A stretch of DNA of 64,000 nt from Microcella sp. (GCF_025808395.1 NZ_CP075524.1:2287990-2351989), one strand, 5' to 3'; counted from the first letter of the stretch, positions 20,301 to 27,840 are shown. Notes: a model not told the origin generated them from the letters alone. Program-made: numbers and translations.

Positions 20301-23300
20301 AACGGTGACCGTGCGGTCGCTCGACTCGAGCCCGTCGGTGGTCTTCAACCCCAGGCCCGCGTTTGACGAGCGCGACCCGATCGAGCTCAGCGAGGTGACC
20401 AACACCTACGAGTCTGCGTCGCTCACGATCAGCAAGACCGTGAACATGAATGGTGCCGTCAACGCGGCGGGTGCTCCGGTGATGCAGACCAGCTTCACCT
20501 TCAGCATCGCCTGCACCTTCAACGTCGGAGCAGGCCCGCAGCCGGTGTCGGTGACGCCGGCGACCTTCACCCTCAACGACGGCGAGTCGCGCACCTATAC
20601 GGGGCTCCCCGCCGGTGCCGTCTGCACCGTCACCGAGACCAACACCCGTGGCGCCACCGTGACCAAGACGATCACCACCGGCGGCGCGTCGACCGAGCCG
20701 AACGCGACGACCGCGGTGGTGACGCTGTCGCCCGACGCCGAGGGGGGCGCAGCGACCAACACGGTGGCGTACACCAACAGCATTCCGGTCGCCTCGCTGA
20801 CCGTGAACAAGGTGCTCACGGGCGCGGGTGCGACGCAGTACGGCACCGGCACCTTCACGATCCGCGTGAGCTGCACGAAAGCGGCCACCGTCAACGACAT
20901 GCCGACTGGTGCCCCGACGAACTCGGTCTGGTACGGCACCTTCACCCTGTCGTCGGCCAGCGGGCTGAGTCGCACGATCGACAACATTCCTGCCGGCTCG
21001 AGTTGCACGGTGACCGAGACCGAGAGCGCCGGTGCCACCCAGGTGACCACCCAGGGGGCGATCACCCTCACGGCATCGCCCACGGTCACTCGGTCGGTGA
21101 CCAACCGATTCGCGCTCGCCTCGCTCGTGGTCGGCAAGACGGTGCAGACCGCAGCCGTCGACGCTGAGGGCAACCCGGTCTACCCCATCGACCCGTTCGC
21201 CTTCGAGGTGGCCTGCACCTTCCAGGGCGGCACCGTGCTGGCCACCGGCTTCGCAGCCTCGCCCATGACCTTCGCACTGCGGCACGGAGAGACTCGCACG
21301 CTCGCAGGGCTGCCGGCGGGTGCCTCGTGCGTCGTCACCGAGACCGACGATCTCGATGCCGATTCGACCTCGATCGCGCGCACCGTCAACGCCACCTCGA
21401 CGTCGATCGAGGGCACGTCGACGACGATCGCCTCGCTCGCCGAAGACGTGTCGGGAGCGCCGCGCAACAGCACCCAGTTCACCAACCGCTACGGCGTCAC
21501 GAGCTTCACGATCTCGAAAGACGTCATCGGCGGGGCAGCCGGGCAGTTCGCGCCCGAGTCGTTCACGGCGAACCTGGTCTGCACGTCGCCCCTCGTCGGT
21601 GAGTCGTTCAACGACGACCTCACGGTGCCGGCCAACGGCTTCGTGACGATCGAGAACCTCGCCGACGGCTCGACGTGCACGGTCTTCGAGCGCGATGTCG
21701 CCGCGACCGGTGCCGACGCTCACCGTATCGTCGACGACGAGGGCACCGTCATCGACGGCACCGACATTCTCGTGACCACGGGCAACCCCGCGTCGGTCAC
21801 GCTCGAGAACTACTACCTCACCGGTGAGCTCGAGGTGTCGAAGTCGGTCATCGGCGCCGGCGCCGTGTACGGCGATGGCCCATTCGAGGTGACCCTGGCC
21901 TGCGTGCGCGACGGCATCGCCGTCGACATCGCCGGCGGCGCCACTCGCGAGCTCGCTCCCGACGGCACCGTCAGCTACACCCTGCTGCCGTCTGGCGCAG
22001 AGTGCACGCTGACCGAGACAGATCGCGGCAGCGCCACCTCGAGCCGCGTCCTCGACGAGAACGGCGACGAGCTGACCACCAACGTCGGCACGGGTTACAC
22101 CTTCACGGTGATCGTCGACGCCTCTGAGCTCGTCGATGACCAGCCGCAGCCCTCGCTCGAGGTCGAGAACACCTTCGAGCTCGCGAGCCTCGCCGTCTCG
22201 AAGACCGTGTCGAGTGCGGCCGTCGATCAGAACGGCGATGCGATCGAGTTCGGGCCGTTCCCGGTCACGGTCGACTGCCTCTTCCAGTCGGTCAACGTCT
22301 ACGGCACCGGCTACGACGCCGAGACTCAGATGCAGCGCGAGCTCGTCGACGGCGAGACCTGGGTTCTCACCGGGCTGCCCGACGGCGCCGTGTGCACCGT
22401 CACCGAGACCGACACCATGAGTGCCGTCGAGACGCGCATCACCACGGTGCGCGACGGCGCCGGCTCGTCGACGACCACCTCGAGTTCGGCGGTGGTCACG
22501 CTCGGCACCGAGACGACCGCCGAGATCATGAACGACTACACGGTCGGCTCGATCGAGTTGTCGAAGGCGGTCATCGGCGAGGGCACCGGCGAGTGGGCGG
22601 ATGCTCCCTTCGAGATCGACGTGACGTGCGTGCTCGACGACAGCACGGGTGAGCGAGTGGTCTTCTCTCACAGCTTCACGTTCGTGCGCGGAGACGACCC
22701 GGTGACGATCGAGAATCTCGCGTCGGGTGCGCTGTGCACCATTACCGAGACCGCGACCGGTGGCGCGAGCTCGACGACCGTGACGATCGATGGCGACTCC
22801 GTGAGCGGCGTGACCGCCGATGTCGTCATCGCCGATGACCTCGTCGCGGCGACCGTGACGAACACCTTCGGCCTCGGCGAGGTTCGTGTCGAGAAGGTGC
22901 GCGACGGCGAGGGCGCAGACACGTGGGGGGCGGGCCCCTTCGAGGTCGAGCTGTCGTGCGTGCGCGACATCGACGGCGTCGACGAGCAGATCGAGATTCC
23001 GGGCGGCGCTCTGCGTCTCCTGACGTCTGAGGGGTTCTATCGAGCGACCTACGACCTGCTGCCGATCGACGCGGTCTGCTCGCTCGTCGAGACCCGCACC
23101 GCTGGTGCGACGAGCACGAGCATCGATGTCGACGCGGTGACCGTGGGGGCCGCGCCCGTGCAGTTCACGGTGACCAACACCTTCGATGTCGGCAGCGTCG
23201 CGATCGAGAAGACGTTCGCCGGCGACGGCACCGGCCTGTTCGTGCAGGGTCCGTACGAGGCGAGCCTCGCGTGCACCCTCGAGATCGACGGTGTCATCAC

Positions 23301-24009
23301 TGACCTCGAGATTCCCGGTGGTGCTGCACGCGAGCTCACCGAGGTGAACGGATACCGCAACGGGTGGCATCAGATTCCGGCGGGCGCAGAGTGCTCGGTG
23401 ACGGAGACCCGCACGGGTGGTGCTACTCGAGTCGACGCCGTCGATGCCGAGTTCACCGTTGAGGCTGACGAGCAGCACACCGTGATTCTCGAGAACACCT
23501 TCCTGCTGGCCGCGTTCTCGATCACCAAAGACGTCACGGGGCCGTTCGCGCACGAAGCGCGTGACGCTGTGTTCCTCATCGAGACCGAGTGCGTGTGGGA
23601 TCGCGATGGCGAGCAGGTGCCGCTGCTTCCGGGCGGCTGGCCGCGCGAGTCGATCGATCAGGCCGAGAGCGACGACGAGGCGACCGAGCAGCCGACGAGC
23701 GTCCGCTCTGAGATTCGCCATGGCGTCACGGTGACCTTCGACAACTTGCCGGCCAGCGCGGTCTGCTCGGTGTCAGAGGTCGACAGCGGCGGCGCGACGA
23801 TGCAGCTGATGTGGCTCGACGGCGTGCTGCAGCTCGGTGAGCTCACGCTCGCCGACGGCGAGAACGACTCGACCCTCGCGAACGTCTTCATGCTCACGCT
23901 CGCCAACACGGGTGTCGAGATCATGCTCTGGCTGTGGGTCATCGCCGCGCTGCTGTTCAGCGGCCTCGTGCTGCTGACGATCGCGCGTCGACGAGCGTCG
24001 GCGGGCTAG
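14344..24009 (+). CDS. giant secreted cell-wall-anchored surface protein (3221 aa) with DUF11-like segments and 11 tandem CnaB/SpaA-like domains
   Basis: It has an Arg-rich N-terminal signal peptide (predicted cleavage after QPATA, aa 38). It has DUF11-like 'conserved repeat' segments (GQTVTYQFTINCS...LADSVPAPL; GAPIPYEIEVRNLG...IVDLIPVDL). The C-terminal domain array is followed by LANTG, a hydrophobic helix and RRRASAG. Confidence 0.9.
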   Translation: MSLSSSHRRRSRRFVPGVAVVALVTLFSPFIAFQPATAGEGDPDEPVLIQFEKDAIPAAPTAVGPGQTVTYQFTINCSSLETDCLDLTLADSVPAPLVLQSVTMATQNPPIDIQITGNDFTVEVVDDLGGGATGMQAGTGVQLNATATVPANLSADFDGTTLVNTAVVTVSNRADLTLDPPRPNVVESSAEVLLAVPRVLGSNTTKDVTPATSPAVQGRSVAFALGATNTSNGSVDELVMQEPADPSSSILTYVEITGLSGLSLPAGANRVRVDWFDGADWNVGTPAASAALPPGVDTADLRGLRFVFTSTTGRVDRGATAAITIEGELTSTAAAVPSTLTVTNTASSWVRFGDDSTTPVLAADTIRLDPTSVSPVASKQFENSYVIGGVLERVTIGGQNGGDFPLKEMTLTEPAPGSTSLAGQGLSFDGWVTADIEWPVGATSAEVSYWYEGDADFSAPVTTTTVDTIPAPVDAELVQSIRVRFISTLPGGMAPGQYASLPFRVLTGTVETDVTTVNQVRVDVVTLDDQTGTALASDDLTRRTSRVNTLANKTITPDTLYGVEGATTLISLPSSITPLPTSAVDPTSSTVGSVSLVITDPVDSAADEFWNHFDLTNIVATAVPANTTLTVEYFTGSEWLVLPGADALLGPTFLNTTISGSLREQISAIRFTYQHRDFETLGTLLNPGFTVQPNLRFALRDELRDGTGDAASATRTESIELTNTVSTAVTNPVATPPEATDDAVASIELLPTNDGSGGGTGNISAISKDWQPVPSTGFEAVNARSGEQATARIRWGTAGTTFHTVVLSDTASDPATTPVGQTVFEAFNLVRIPAITSGVDSRLTFDRVAAVQLYIPGSGWVDASGSPCPASCDGTFPGYTLTTAERTTATGVRLIIEESPTRAARIGTNPAAPPVGSGVAASMNLDRRFDLVFEVRDVRRSDPSVAVLGSTREALYNTGSFGVVNNTVRFDGRDADNAVVLTRTSADSIQIFDQPLTIEVTKTWVDGPLGTPPDGTPQEFYPRARMTIEAENTSVSRVDELSILDPVAGTDPFDAVNLFDIVSLTVPSGATDTVVILERESGDFDSFTRTAALALMASQLADVVGIEVVHTGRIDVQATTRLVVDTQLREFLRSAPATRVTAATSAFVPNTVRATISDPGGLTQPPEGQSNNTLIAQATASVSVENLSYGVTATKGIQADTTATITVPATQFEGNSRIATVTLTGQPSGNVRSTDMVFEDLTPSFWNAYNFTGFGSHSFASPLNRVKVDVLIGVDYVIDGSGGITAECGGSAVLDDCWVEGAFGSTLTLPTLPPGAVTADIRGVRFHYTRADGAAWERPFNPLQTVRFTVTRRDLLVEPSDQPVPSTLYIYDEPAPGESQIGIFTNDVTVTSWADDGSDAPLWQATADDTRQILFQHRPAKVRVIKTPFGPLTLGAPIPYEIEVRNLGTGHDKDLAELQIVDLIPVDLSGPMLVLGIDPETGVSYLPEDLISLSLVNTSGTAVAAPSFTAVLGASGPGGQALTITPDPAFVLPKGWTLTIKAPLLFRQFLEAGSESSNFVLNSAIVTSDQEFDRCEYSTNGALELDPQLFVSSCTATTKVWALPSAPMNIVKGVKGVEAGPLDLDGNLIIDPDTGLPFDDLGVIRTVNNGIDCSAPTLDVDGTDYYRYPCVPITRPGGTEEWVGNFFNAGNVRVFEVVAIDVLPRQNDRGVIINDARSSRWAPVLTERPRLVGWPDEALTVYYTDRLDLATPQCNGADIQFELGMNASSTPPMVQSYLPCITSGSPGGLPDRADPITGWKVMPSAPDAALLESVIALKFVVDFTVGVDVADHGLVPGDDISIVYRSQTASEPVLRETNANLARDSIAYNSIAGAARGRDGDNDLPYRFVTEPRKVGVALATGAIDLAKVVDGAAAAFAPATFAIDVACSVDGEPISLLDSAGNNRSPFTLTGNAASTRILGIPLYAECDITEVGTTGATTTAALPQTVTVRSLDSSPSVVFNPRPAFDERDPIELSEVTNTYESASLTISKTVNMNGAVNAAGAPVMQTSFTFSIACTFNVGAGPQPVSVTPATFTLNDGESRTYTGLPAGAVCTVTETNTRGATVTKTITTGGASTEPNATTAVVTLSPDAEGGAATNTVAYTNSIPVASLTVNKVLTGAGATQYGTGTFTIRVSCTKAATVNDMPTGAPTNSVWYGTFTLSSASGLSRTIDNIPAGSSCTVTETESAGATQVTTQGAITLTASPTVTRSVTNRFALASLVVGKTVQTAAVDAEGNPVYPIDPFAFEVACTFQGGTVLATGFAASPMTFALRHGETRTLAGLPAGASCVVTETDDLDADSTSIARTVNATSTSIEGTSTTIASLAEDVSGAPRNSTQFTNRYGVTSFTISKDVIGGAAGQFAPESFTANLVCTSPLVGESFNDDLTVPANGFVTIENLADGSTCTVFERDVAATGADAHRIVDDEGTVIDGTDILVTTGNPASVTLENYYLTGELEVSKSVIGAGAVYGDGPFEVTLACVRDGIAVDIAGGATRELAPDGTVSYTLLPSGAECTLTETDRGSATSSRVLDENGDELTTNVGTGYTFTVIVDASELVDDQPQPSLEVENTFELASLAVSKTVSSAAVDQNGDAIEFGPFPVTVDCLFQSVNVYGTGYDAETQMQRELVDGETWVLTGLPDGAVCTVTETDTMSAVETRITTVRDGAGSSTTTSSSAVVTLGTETTAEIMNDYTVGSIELSKAVIGEGTGEWADAPFEIDVTCVLDDSTGERVVFSHSFTFVRGDDPVTIENLASGALCTITETATGGASSTTVTIDGDSVSGVTADVVIADDLVAATVTNTFGLGEVRVEKVRDGEGADTWGAGPFEVELSCVRDIDGVDEQIEIPGGALRLLTSEGFYRATYDLLPIDAVCSLVETRTAGATSTSIDVDAVTVGAAPVQFTVTNTFDVGSVAIEKTFAGDGTGLFVQGPYEASLACTLEIDGVITDLEIPGGAARELTEVNGYRNGWHQIPAGAECSVTETRTGGATRVDAVDAEFTVEADEQHTVILENTFLLAAFSITKDVTGPFAHEARDAVFLIETECVWDRDGEQVPLLPGGWPRESIDQAESDDEATEQPTSVRSEIRHGVTVTFDNLPASAVCSVSEVDSGGATMQLMWLDGVLQLGELTLADGENDSTLANVFMLTLANTGVEIMLWLWVIAALLFSGLVLLTIARRRASAG
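20047..23892 (+). repeat. array of 11 divergent tandem ~116-aa domains within the giant surface protein gene
   Basis: Each unit begins with [LIV]x[LIV]xK, has an internal Cys, then C-x-[VIL]-x-E (for example CTVTET), and ends with an N-x-[FY] strand (VTNTF, LENTF). 1282 aa divided by 11 gives ~116 aa per unit. The units are diverged at the DNA level. Confidence 0.75.
23899..24006 (+). other. C-terminal cell-wall sorting signal (LANTG + TM helix + basic tail)
   Basis: LANTG is encoded at 23899-23913, followed by VEIMLWLWVIAALLFSGLVLLTIA and RRRASAG. LAxTG is the class E sortase motif of Actinobacteria. Confidence 0.75.
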
Positions 24010-24060
24010 ACCGACAACGCCTCGGCGCAGGGTTCGACGAGAACTGAGCGCAGAGAAGGC

Positions 24061-24096
24061 CGGGCCCCGGTGGCGCGAAGGCGCGACCGGGGCCCG
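24061..24096. terminator. GC-rich hairpin between the convergent adhesin and helicase genes (candidate bidirectional terminator)
   Basis: CGGGCCCCGGT (24061-24071) pairs perfectly with ACCGGGGCCCG (24086-24096), and there is an inner GCGC/GCGC pairing. No T-tract, which is common in high-GC actinobacteria. Confidence 0.5.
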
Positions 24097-24123
24097 TGAG
24101 CCATCGTGAGCGTGTGGTGACGG

Positions 24124-25692
24124 TCAGCGCCCGCGGCGCTGCCCTCCCGACGAGTTCGCACGCACGACCTGGCCGACGCGAATCGCTCCGCCCGAACCGC
24201 CGCTGGGCGCGGATGCTCGGCGCGAGCCCTGACGAGCTCTCGCCGGTGCTGCCGCAGCCGTGTCGGTCGAGCGTGCAACGGGTGCCGCTGATCCTGACCG
24301 TGCCGGGGCCGCGTCGGTGCGCCGCTGGCTCGAACGCTGGCCGCCCTGGCCCGAACGCTGCCCGCCCTGGCCCGTACGCTGACCGCCCTGCCCCGAACGG
24401 TTCGCACGCTTGCGCTGAGCGTTCGCACCCTGCGACGAGCCTCCGCCTTCGGGCTGACGCTTGAGCACTGCCGGAAGCTCGTGCTCGGCGACCTTCGGTG
24501 CGACATCGCCGATGAGGCGAGTCACTGCTGGCGAGGTCGCGGTGACCTGCTGGGGCTGCACGCGAATCGAGGCCTTGCGCAGCAGGTCGGCCGTGTCTCG
24601 ACGCTGTTCGGGAAGCACGAGGGTGACCACGTCTCCTGCTGCTCCGGCACGCGCCGTGCGGCCCGAGCGGTGCAGGTAGGCCTTGTGCTCGGTCGGCGGG
24701 TCGACGTGGATCACGAGCTCGATGTCGTCGACGTGAACTCCGCGAGCCGCGACATCGGTCGCGACGAGCACTCGCACGCTGCCGTCGCCGAACGCGGCGA
24801 GGTTGCGGTCTCGCGCAGGCTGCGACAGGTTGCCGTGCAGGTCGACGGCGGGAATGCCGTCGGCCGTGAGCTGCTTCGCGAGCTTCTTGGCCGTGTGCTT
24901 CGTGCGCATGAACAAGATGCGGCGACCGCTGCCCGAGGCAAGGGCCGAGATCATGCGCTTCTTCTCGTCGGTGCCCGAGAGCTCGAACACGTGGTGGGTC
25001 ATGTCGGCGACGGGCGAGTTCGCCTCGTCGACCGAGTGCGTCACCGGGTCGTGCAAGAACTGCTTGACGAGCTTGTCGACCCCGTTGTCGAGGGTCGCGC
25101 TGAACAGCATGCGCTGCCCACGAGCGGGCGTGGCCTTGAGAATGCGGGTGACGCCGGGCAAGAAGCCGAGGTCGGCCATGTGGTCGGCCTCGTCGAGCAC
25201 CGTGATCTCGACTGAGTCGAGCGAGACGAAGCCCTGCTTCATGAGGTCTTCGAGGCGGCCGGGTGCGGCGACGACGATGTCGACGCCGCGCTGCAGCTGC
25301 TGCACCTGCTTGCCCTGCGAGACGCCGCCGAAGATCGTCATCGCGCGAAGTCCGTAGGCCTCGGCCAGCGGCTCGATGACCGCGAGAATCTGGGTGGCGA
25401 GCTCGCGAGTCGGCGCGAGCACGAGGCCGAGCGGCTTCATCGGCCGGCGCGGTGCTCCCGTGCGCATGCCGAGGCGCGCGACCATCGGAATCGAGAAGGC
25501 GAGGGTCTTGCCCGAGCCCGTCTTGCCGCGGCCGAGCACGTCGCGACCCGCGAGGGTGTCGGCGAGCGTGTCGACCTGAATCGGAAACGCCTCGGTCTTG
25601 CCCTGGCCGTCGAGAACCTCGACGAGCGGGTAGGGCACGCCGAGCGCGCTGAACGTGGTGGTGCTGGGGGTGATGAGTGTGGTGCTGGTCAT
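24124..25692 (-). CDS. DEAD-box ATP-dependent RNA helicase with a Gly/Gln/Arg-rich C-terminal tail
   Basis: ORF 24124..25779 trimmed to the ATG at 25692 (MTSTTLI...). Motifs present: GKTGSGKT, PTRELA, DEAD (VLDEADHM), SAT, HRSGRTARAG. 522 aa. Confidence 0.9.
   Translation of the reverse strand: MTSTTLITPSTTTFSALGVPYPLVEVLDGQGKTEAFPIQVDTLADTLAGRDVLGRGKTGSGKTLAFSIPMVARLGMRTGAPRRPMKPLGLVLAPTRELATQILAVIEPLAEAYGLRAMTIFGGVSQGKQVQQLQRGVDIVVAAPGRLEDLMKQGFVSLDSVEITVLDEADHMADLGFLPGVTRILKATPARGQRMLFSATLDNGVDKLVKQFLHDPVTHSVDEANSPVADMTHHVFELSGTDEKKRMISALASGSGRRILFMRTKHTAKKLAKQLTADGIPAVDLHGNLSQPARDRNLAAFGDGSVRVLVATDVAARGVHVDDIELVIHVDPPTEHKAYLHRSGRTARAGAAGDVVTLVLPEQRRDTADLLRKASIRVQPQQVTATSPAVTRLIGDVAPKVAEHELPAVLKRQPEGGGSSQGANAQRKRANRSGQGGQRTGQGGQRSGQGGQRSSQRRTDAAPARSGSAAPVARSTDTAAAAPARARQGSRRASAPSGGSGGAIRVGQVVRANSSGGQRRGR
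24340..24402 (-). repeat. 3 x 21-nt in-frame tandem repeat encoding (GQGGQR[TS])3 in the helicase tail
   Basis: Plus-strand units are gccgccctggcccgaacgctg, cccgccctggcccgtacgctg and accgccctgccccgaacggtt. They translate on the minus strand as QRTGQGG-type heptads. Confidence 0.7.
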
Positions 25693-25738
25693 TCTGGTGG
25701 TGCCTTTCGTGGTGCTCCGCGCCGCAGCATGCTTCAAC

Positions 25739-25786
25739 TTGCCACGTGTTGCCGCTACGCCGCCGCGATGCGGCAACAAGTGGCAA
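25739..25786 (-). promoter_or_regulatory. long imperfect stem-loop in the 333-nt region upstream of the DEAD-box helicase gene
   Basis: TTGCCACGTGTTGCCGC (25739-25755) pairs with GCGGCAACAAGTGGCAA (25770-25786). 16 of 17 positions are complementary, with a 14-nt loop. Its function is unknown. Confidence 0.35.
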
Positions 25787-26025
25787 CTCGGCGAGTGTCA
25801 TGCGCGAGCGAGGGATTGTGGCGACGGCGGCAGTGGCCGACATCGTTCGCCGTGAGAAAGTGTCGAACCGCTCCGGTGCGCGAGTCGGTGCGCGGCGGGC
25901 GGGAGGAGTAAGCGTTCTACGACGCAGGAGAACTGAGAACAGTTCTGCCTATGAATCAACCGTAGCAGGTCGCCCTGAAGGGTGCGCTCGAGCCGCATCG
26001 CGGTGCCTGCCGCACTCCGCCCAGC

Positions 26026-26682
26026 TCAGAGCACGAGCCGCCCATCGCCGTAGCGCTCGCCGACCTCAATGTTGACGTCGACGACGTTGCCGGGCGGCGC
26101 GAGCGGGCATGCCCAGGCCTCGTCGTAGGCGCACGAGGGGTTGTAGGCGAAGTTGAAGTCGAGCACGAGCGACCACGGTGCGCGACCCCCGCCGAGGTCG
26201 GCGCCCTTGACGGTGTCGAGCAGGTAGCGACCGCCGCCGTAGGTTCCGCCGGGCACACGCGAGAGCGCGTCGCGCACGGGCACGAAGATGCCACCGCCGT
26301 ACGAGGCGAGCCTCCAGACGTCGAGCGTGCCGACGCCGGGCACGTCGACGAGCCCGAGCCGCTCGAACGGCACGACTCCGTCGGTGCCCGTCTCGACGTC
26401 GATGCGCGCCGGCTCAGCATCCTGAATCACGCACTCGAACCGCCACGCGGGGTCGTAGGGCTTCACGCGCAGCCCGGTGAACGCCTCGCGGTCGGCGGGC
26501 AGCAGGGGCGAGGCGGGGTGGTGGGCGAAGAGCTCGTCGCGGGTGCGCCGCCAGTGGTCGTGCGCTGCGGGCAGGTCGGTCGCGGCACGCAGCTCGCAAT
26601 AGAGCGCGGCAGTGCGCCGACGCCAATCTGCGACCGCGAGCGCGCTGACGGCCCGGTCAGAAGCGCCGGATGCTGCGCTCAT
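26026..26682 (-). CDS. DUF1684 domain-containing protein
   Basis: The long ORF 26026..27201 is trimmed to the ATG at 26682 (MSAASGAS...). The C-terminal motif DFNFAYNPSCAYDEAWACPL is typical of DUF1684. Its ATG overlaps the upstream gene's stop (ATGA). Confidence 0.7.
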   Translation of the reverse strand: MSAASGASDRAVSALAVADWRRRTAALYCELRAATDLPAAHDHWRRTRDELFAHHPASPLLPADREAFTGLRVKPYDPAWRFECVIQDAEPARIDVETGTDGVVPFERLGLVDVPGVGTLDVWRLASYGGGIFVPVRDALSRVPGGTYGGGRYLLDTVKGADLGGGRAPWSLVLDFNFAYNPSCAYDEAWACPLAPPGNVVDVNIEVGERYGDGRLVL

Positions 26683-27197
26683 GCCGCGCCGCCTCGAGAG
26701 CCGCCCGACTCGCCGAACTGCGCCACCCAGCCGGGCGCGAGCCGCCGCAGCTGTCGGCCCCGCAGTTGCCAGAACACCCAGAACCCGAGCCAGGCGAGGG
26801 GCGTCAGCACGCCGGCGCCGAGCTCGAGGGTGTCGCGAAACCGTGTGCGAGCATCCGGTGCAGACGACTCGGGGCTGATCGCCATCTGGTGGTGCCAGCG
26901 CGTCACGATGCGCATGGCTCCCGTGAGCGGGCCGCCCTCGTCGTGCACGATGCGGGTGCCGTCGGTCAGCGTCTCGTCGCGCAGTCTGATGAGCTGCGTG
27001 CCCATGGGCAGCACGCCGAGCAGCCGCAGCCGCACCCGATGCTCGGTGTTGCTCCAGTGCTCGGGAAAGCCTGCAGGCTCGAGCGACTCGGCCGTCGTGA
27101 ACGGCCCAGACACCGCGCGGAACACGGCGGGCGAGTGCACGGCCCGCCACGCCGCATCGGCGGGGCAGTCGAGCAGCAGGTCGAGTCTCACGCGCAT
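26679..27197 (-). CDS. hypothetical protein, possibly SRPBCC/START-like fold
   Basis: ORF 26679..27395 trimmed to the ATG at 27197 (MRVRLDLLLDCPADAAW...). It is translationally coupled to the DUF1684 gene. The fold assignment is a weak impression only. Confidence 0.4.
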   Translation of the reverse strand: MRVRLDLLLDCPADAAWRAVHSPAVFRAVSGPFTTAESLEPAGFPEHWSNTEHRVRLRLLGVLPMGTQLIRLRDETLTDGTRIVHDEGGPLTGAMRIVTRWHHQMAISPESSAPDARTRFRDTLELGAGVLTPLAWLGFWVFWQLRGRQLRRLAPGWVAQFGESGGSRGGAA

Positions 27198-27232
27198 GCA
27201 CCCAGTGTGCGCCACCTCGGTACGATCGACCT

Positions 27233-27796
27233 GTGACCGCGCTCCACGACGACGATCGCCCCGACGCCCAGCAGCGCTATCAGGTGCGCTTCGATGTGGG
27301 GCTCGACGGCGCTCGACGCATCGGCGCGAGCGCGCACCTGCTCGTCTGGTGCGACGGTCTCGCGACCGAGCCTCTGCCGACTGATGCTCTGCCACCGCAT
27401 CTCGAGGTGATCGACGCGCGCTGCGGCGCTGCGGGGACGATCGCCCAGCGGCTGCTGCAGCTGCAGGCAGCGCGCGGCGAGCGAACGATGGTCGCCGTCG
27501 TGGCCGCTGGAGCGCCCGTGGAGGCGCCGGAGGGAATCCCGGTCGAAGACCACTTGCTCGCGGGCGCCGTCATCGACGCGCTCGGCGCGGTCGGCATCGA
27601 TGCGACGAGCCCCGAAGCCGCGGTCGCCGCGGCGGCCTATCAGGGGCTGCGTGGTGCGGTGGCGCACATGCTGAGCGCCTCGGTGGGCGGGCGGATGCTC
27701 GCCGCGAGCGCCGGTGCCACTGCCGTGAGCGAGGCGCGGGCGCGCTGGGAATCGACCGAACTCGTCGTGCTGCGGGAATTCGACCTGCCAGCCTGA
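27233..27796 (+). CDS. 2-phosphosulfolactate phosphatase (ComB)-like family protein
   Basis: 187 aa. The segments VEDHLLAGAVIDAL and SPEAAVAAAAY resemble actinobacterial ComB-family proteins as I remember them. Not verified. Confidence 0.4.
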   Translation: MTALHDDDRPDAQQRYQVRFDVGLDGARRIGASAHLLVWCDGLATEPLPTDALPPHLEVIDARCGAAGTIAQRLLQLQAARGERTMVAVVAAGAPVEAPEGIPVEDHLLAGAVIDALGAVGIDATSPEAAVAAAAYQGLRGAVAHMLSASVGGRMLAASAGATAVSEARARWESTELVVLREFDLPA

Positions 27797-27840
27797 GGTT
27801 GGGTCGAACGACCCGCCATCACTCGACCGCAGGAGGACCC

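Noticed and set aside
14356-23721. Several long minus-strand ORFs (419, 430, 644 and 1197 aa) inside the giant surface protein gene
   Set aside because: They are antisense to a 3221-aa ORF that has a signal peptide, domain periodicity and a sorting signal. Their translations are Arg/Gly/Asp-rich and featureless.
23957-25843. 628-aa minus-strand ORF overlapping the DEAD-box helicase in another frame
   Set aside because: It is an extremely Arg/Pro/His-rich alternate frame. The helicase frame carries all the DEAD-box motifs.
26683-27201. N-terminal 173 codons of ORF 26026..27201
   Set aside because: This part is Arg-rich and overlaps a better-supported separate gene (26679-27197) in another frame. 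The DUF1684 domain starts at the ATG at 26682, which overlaps that gene's stop.
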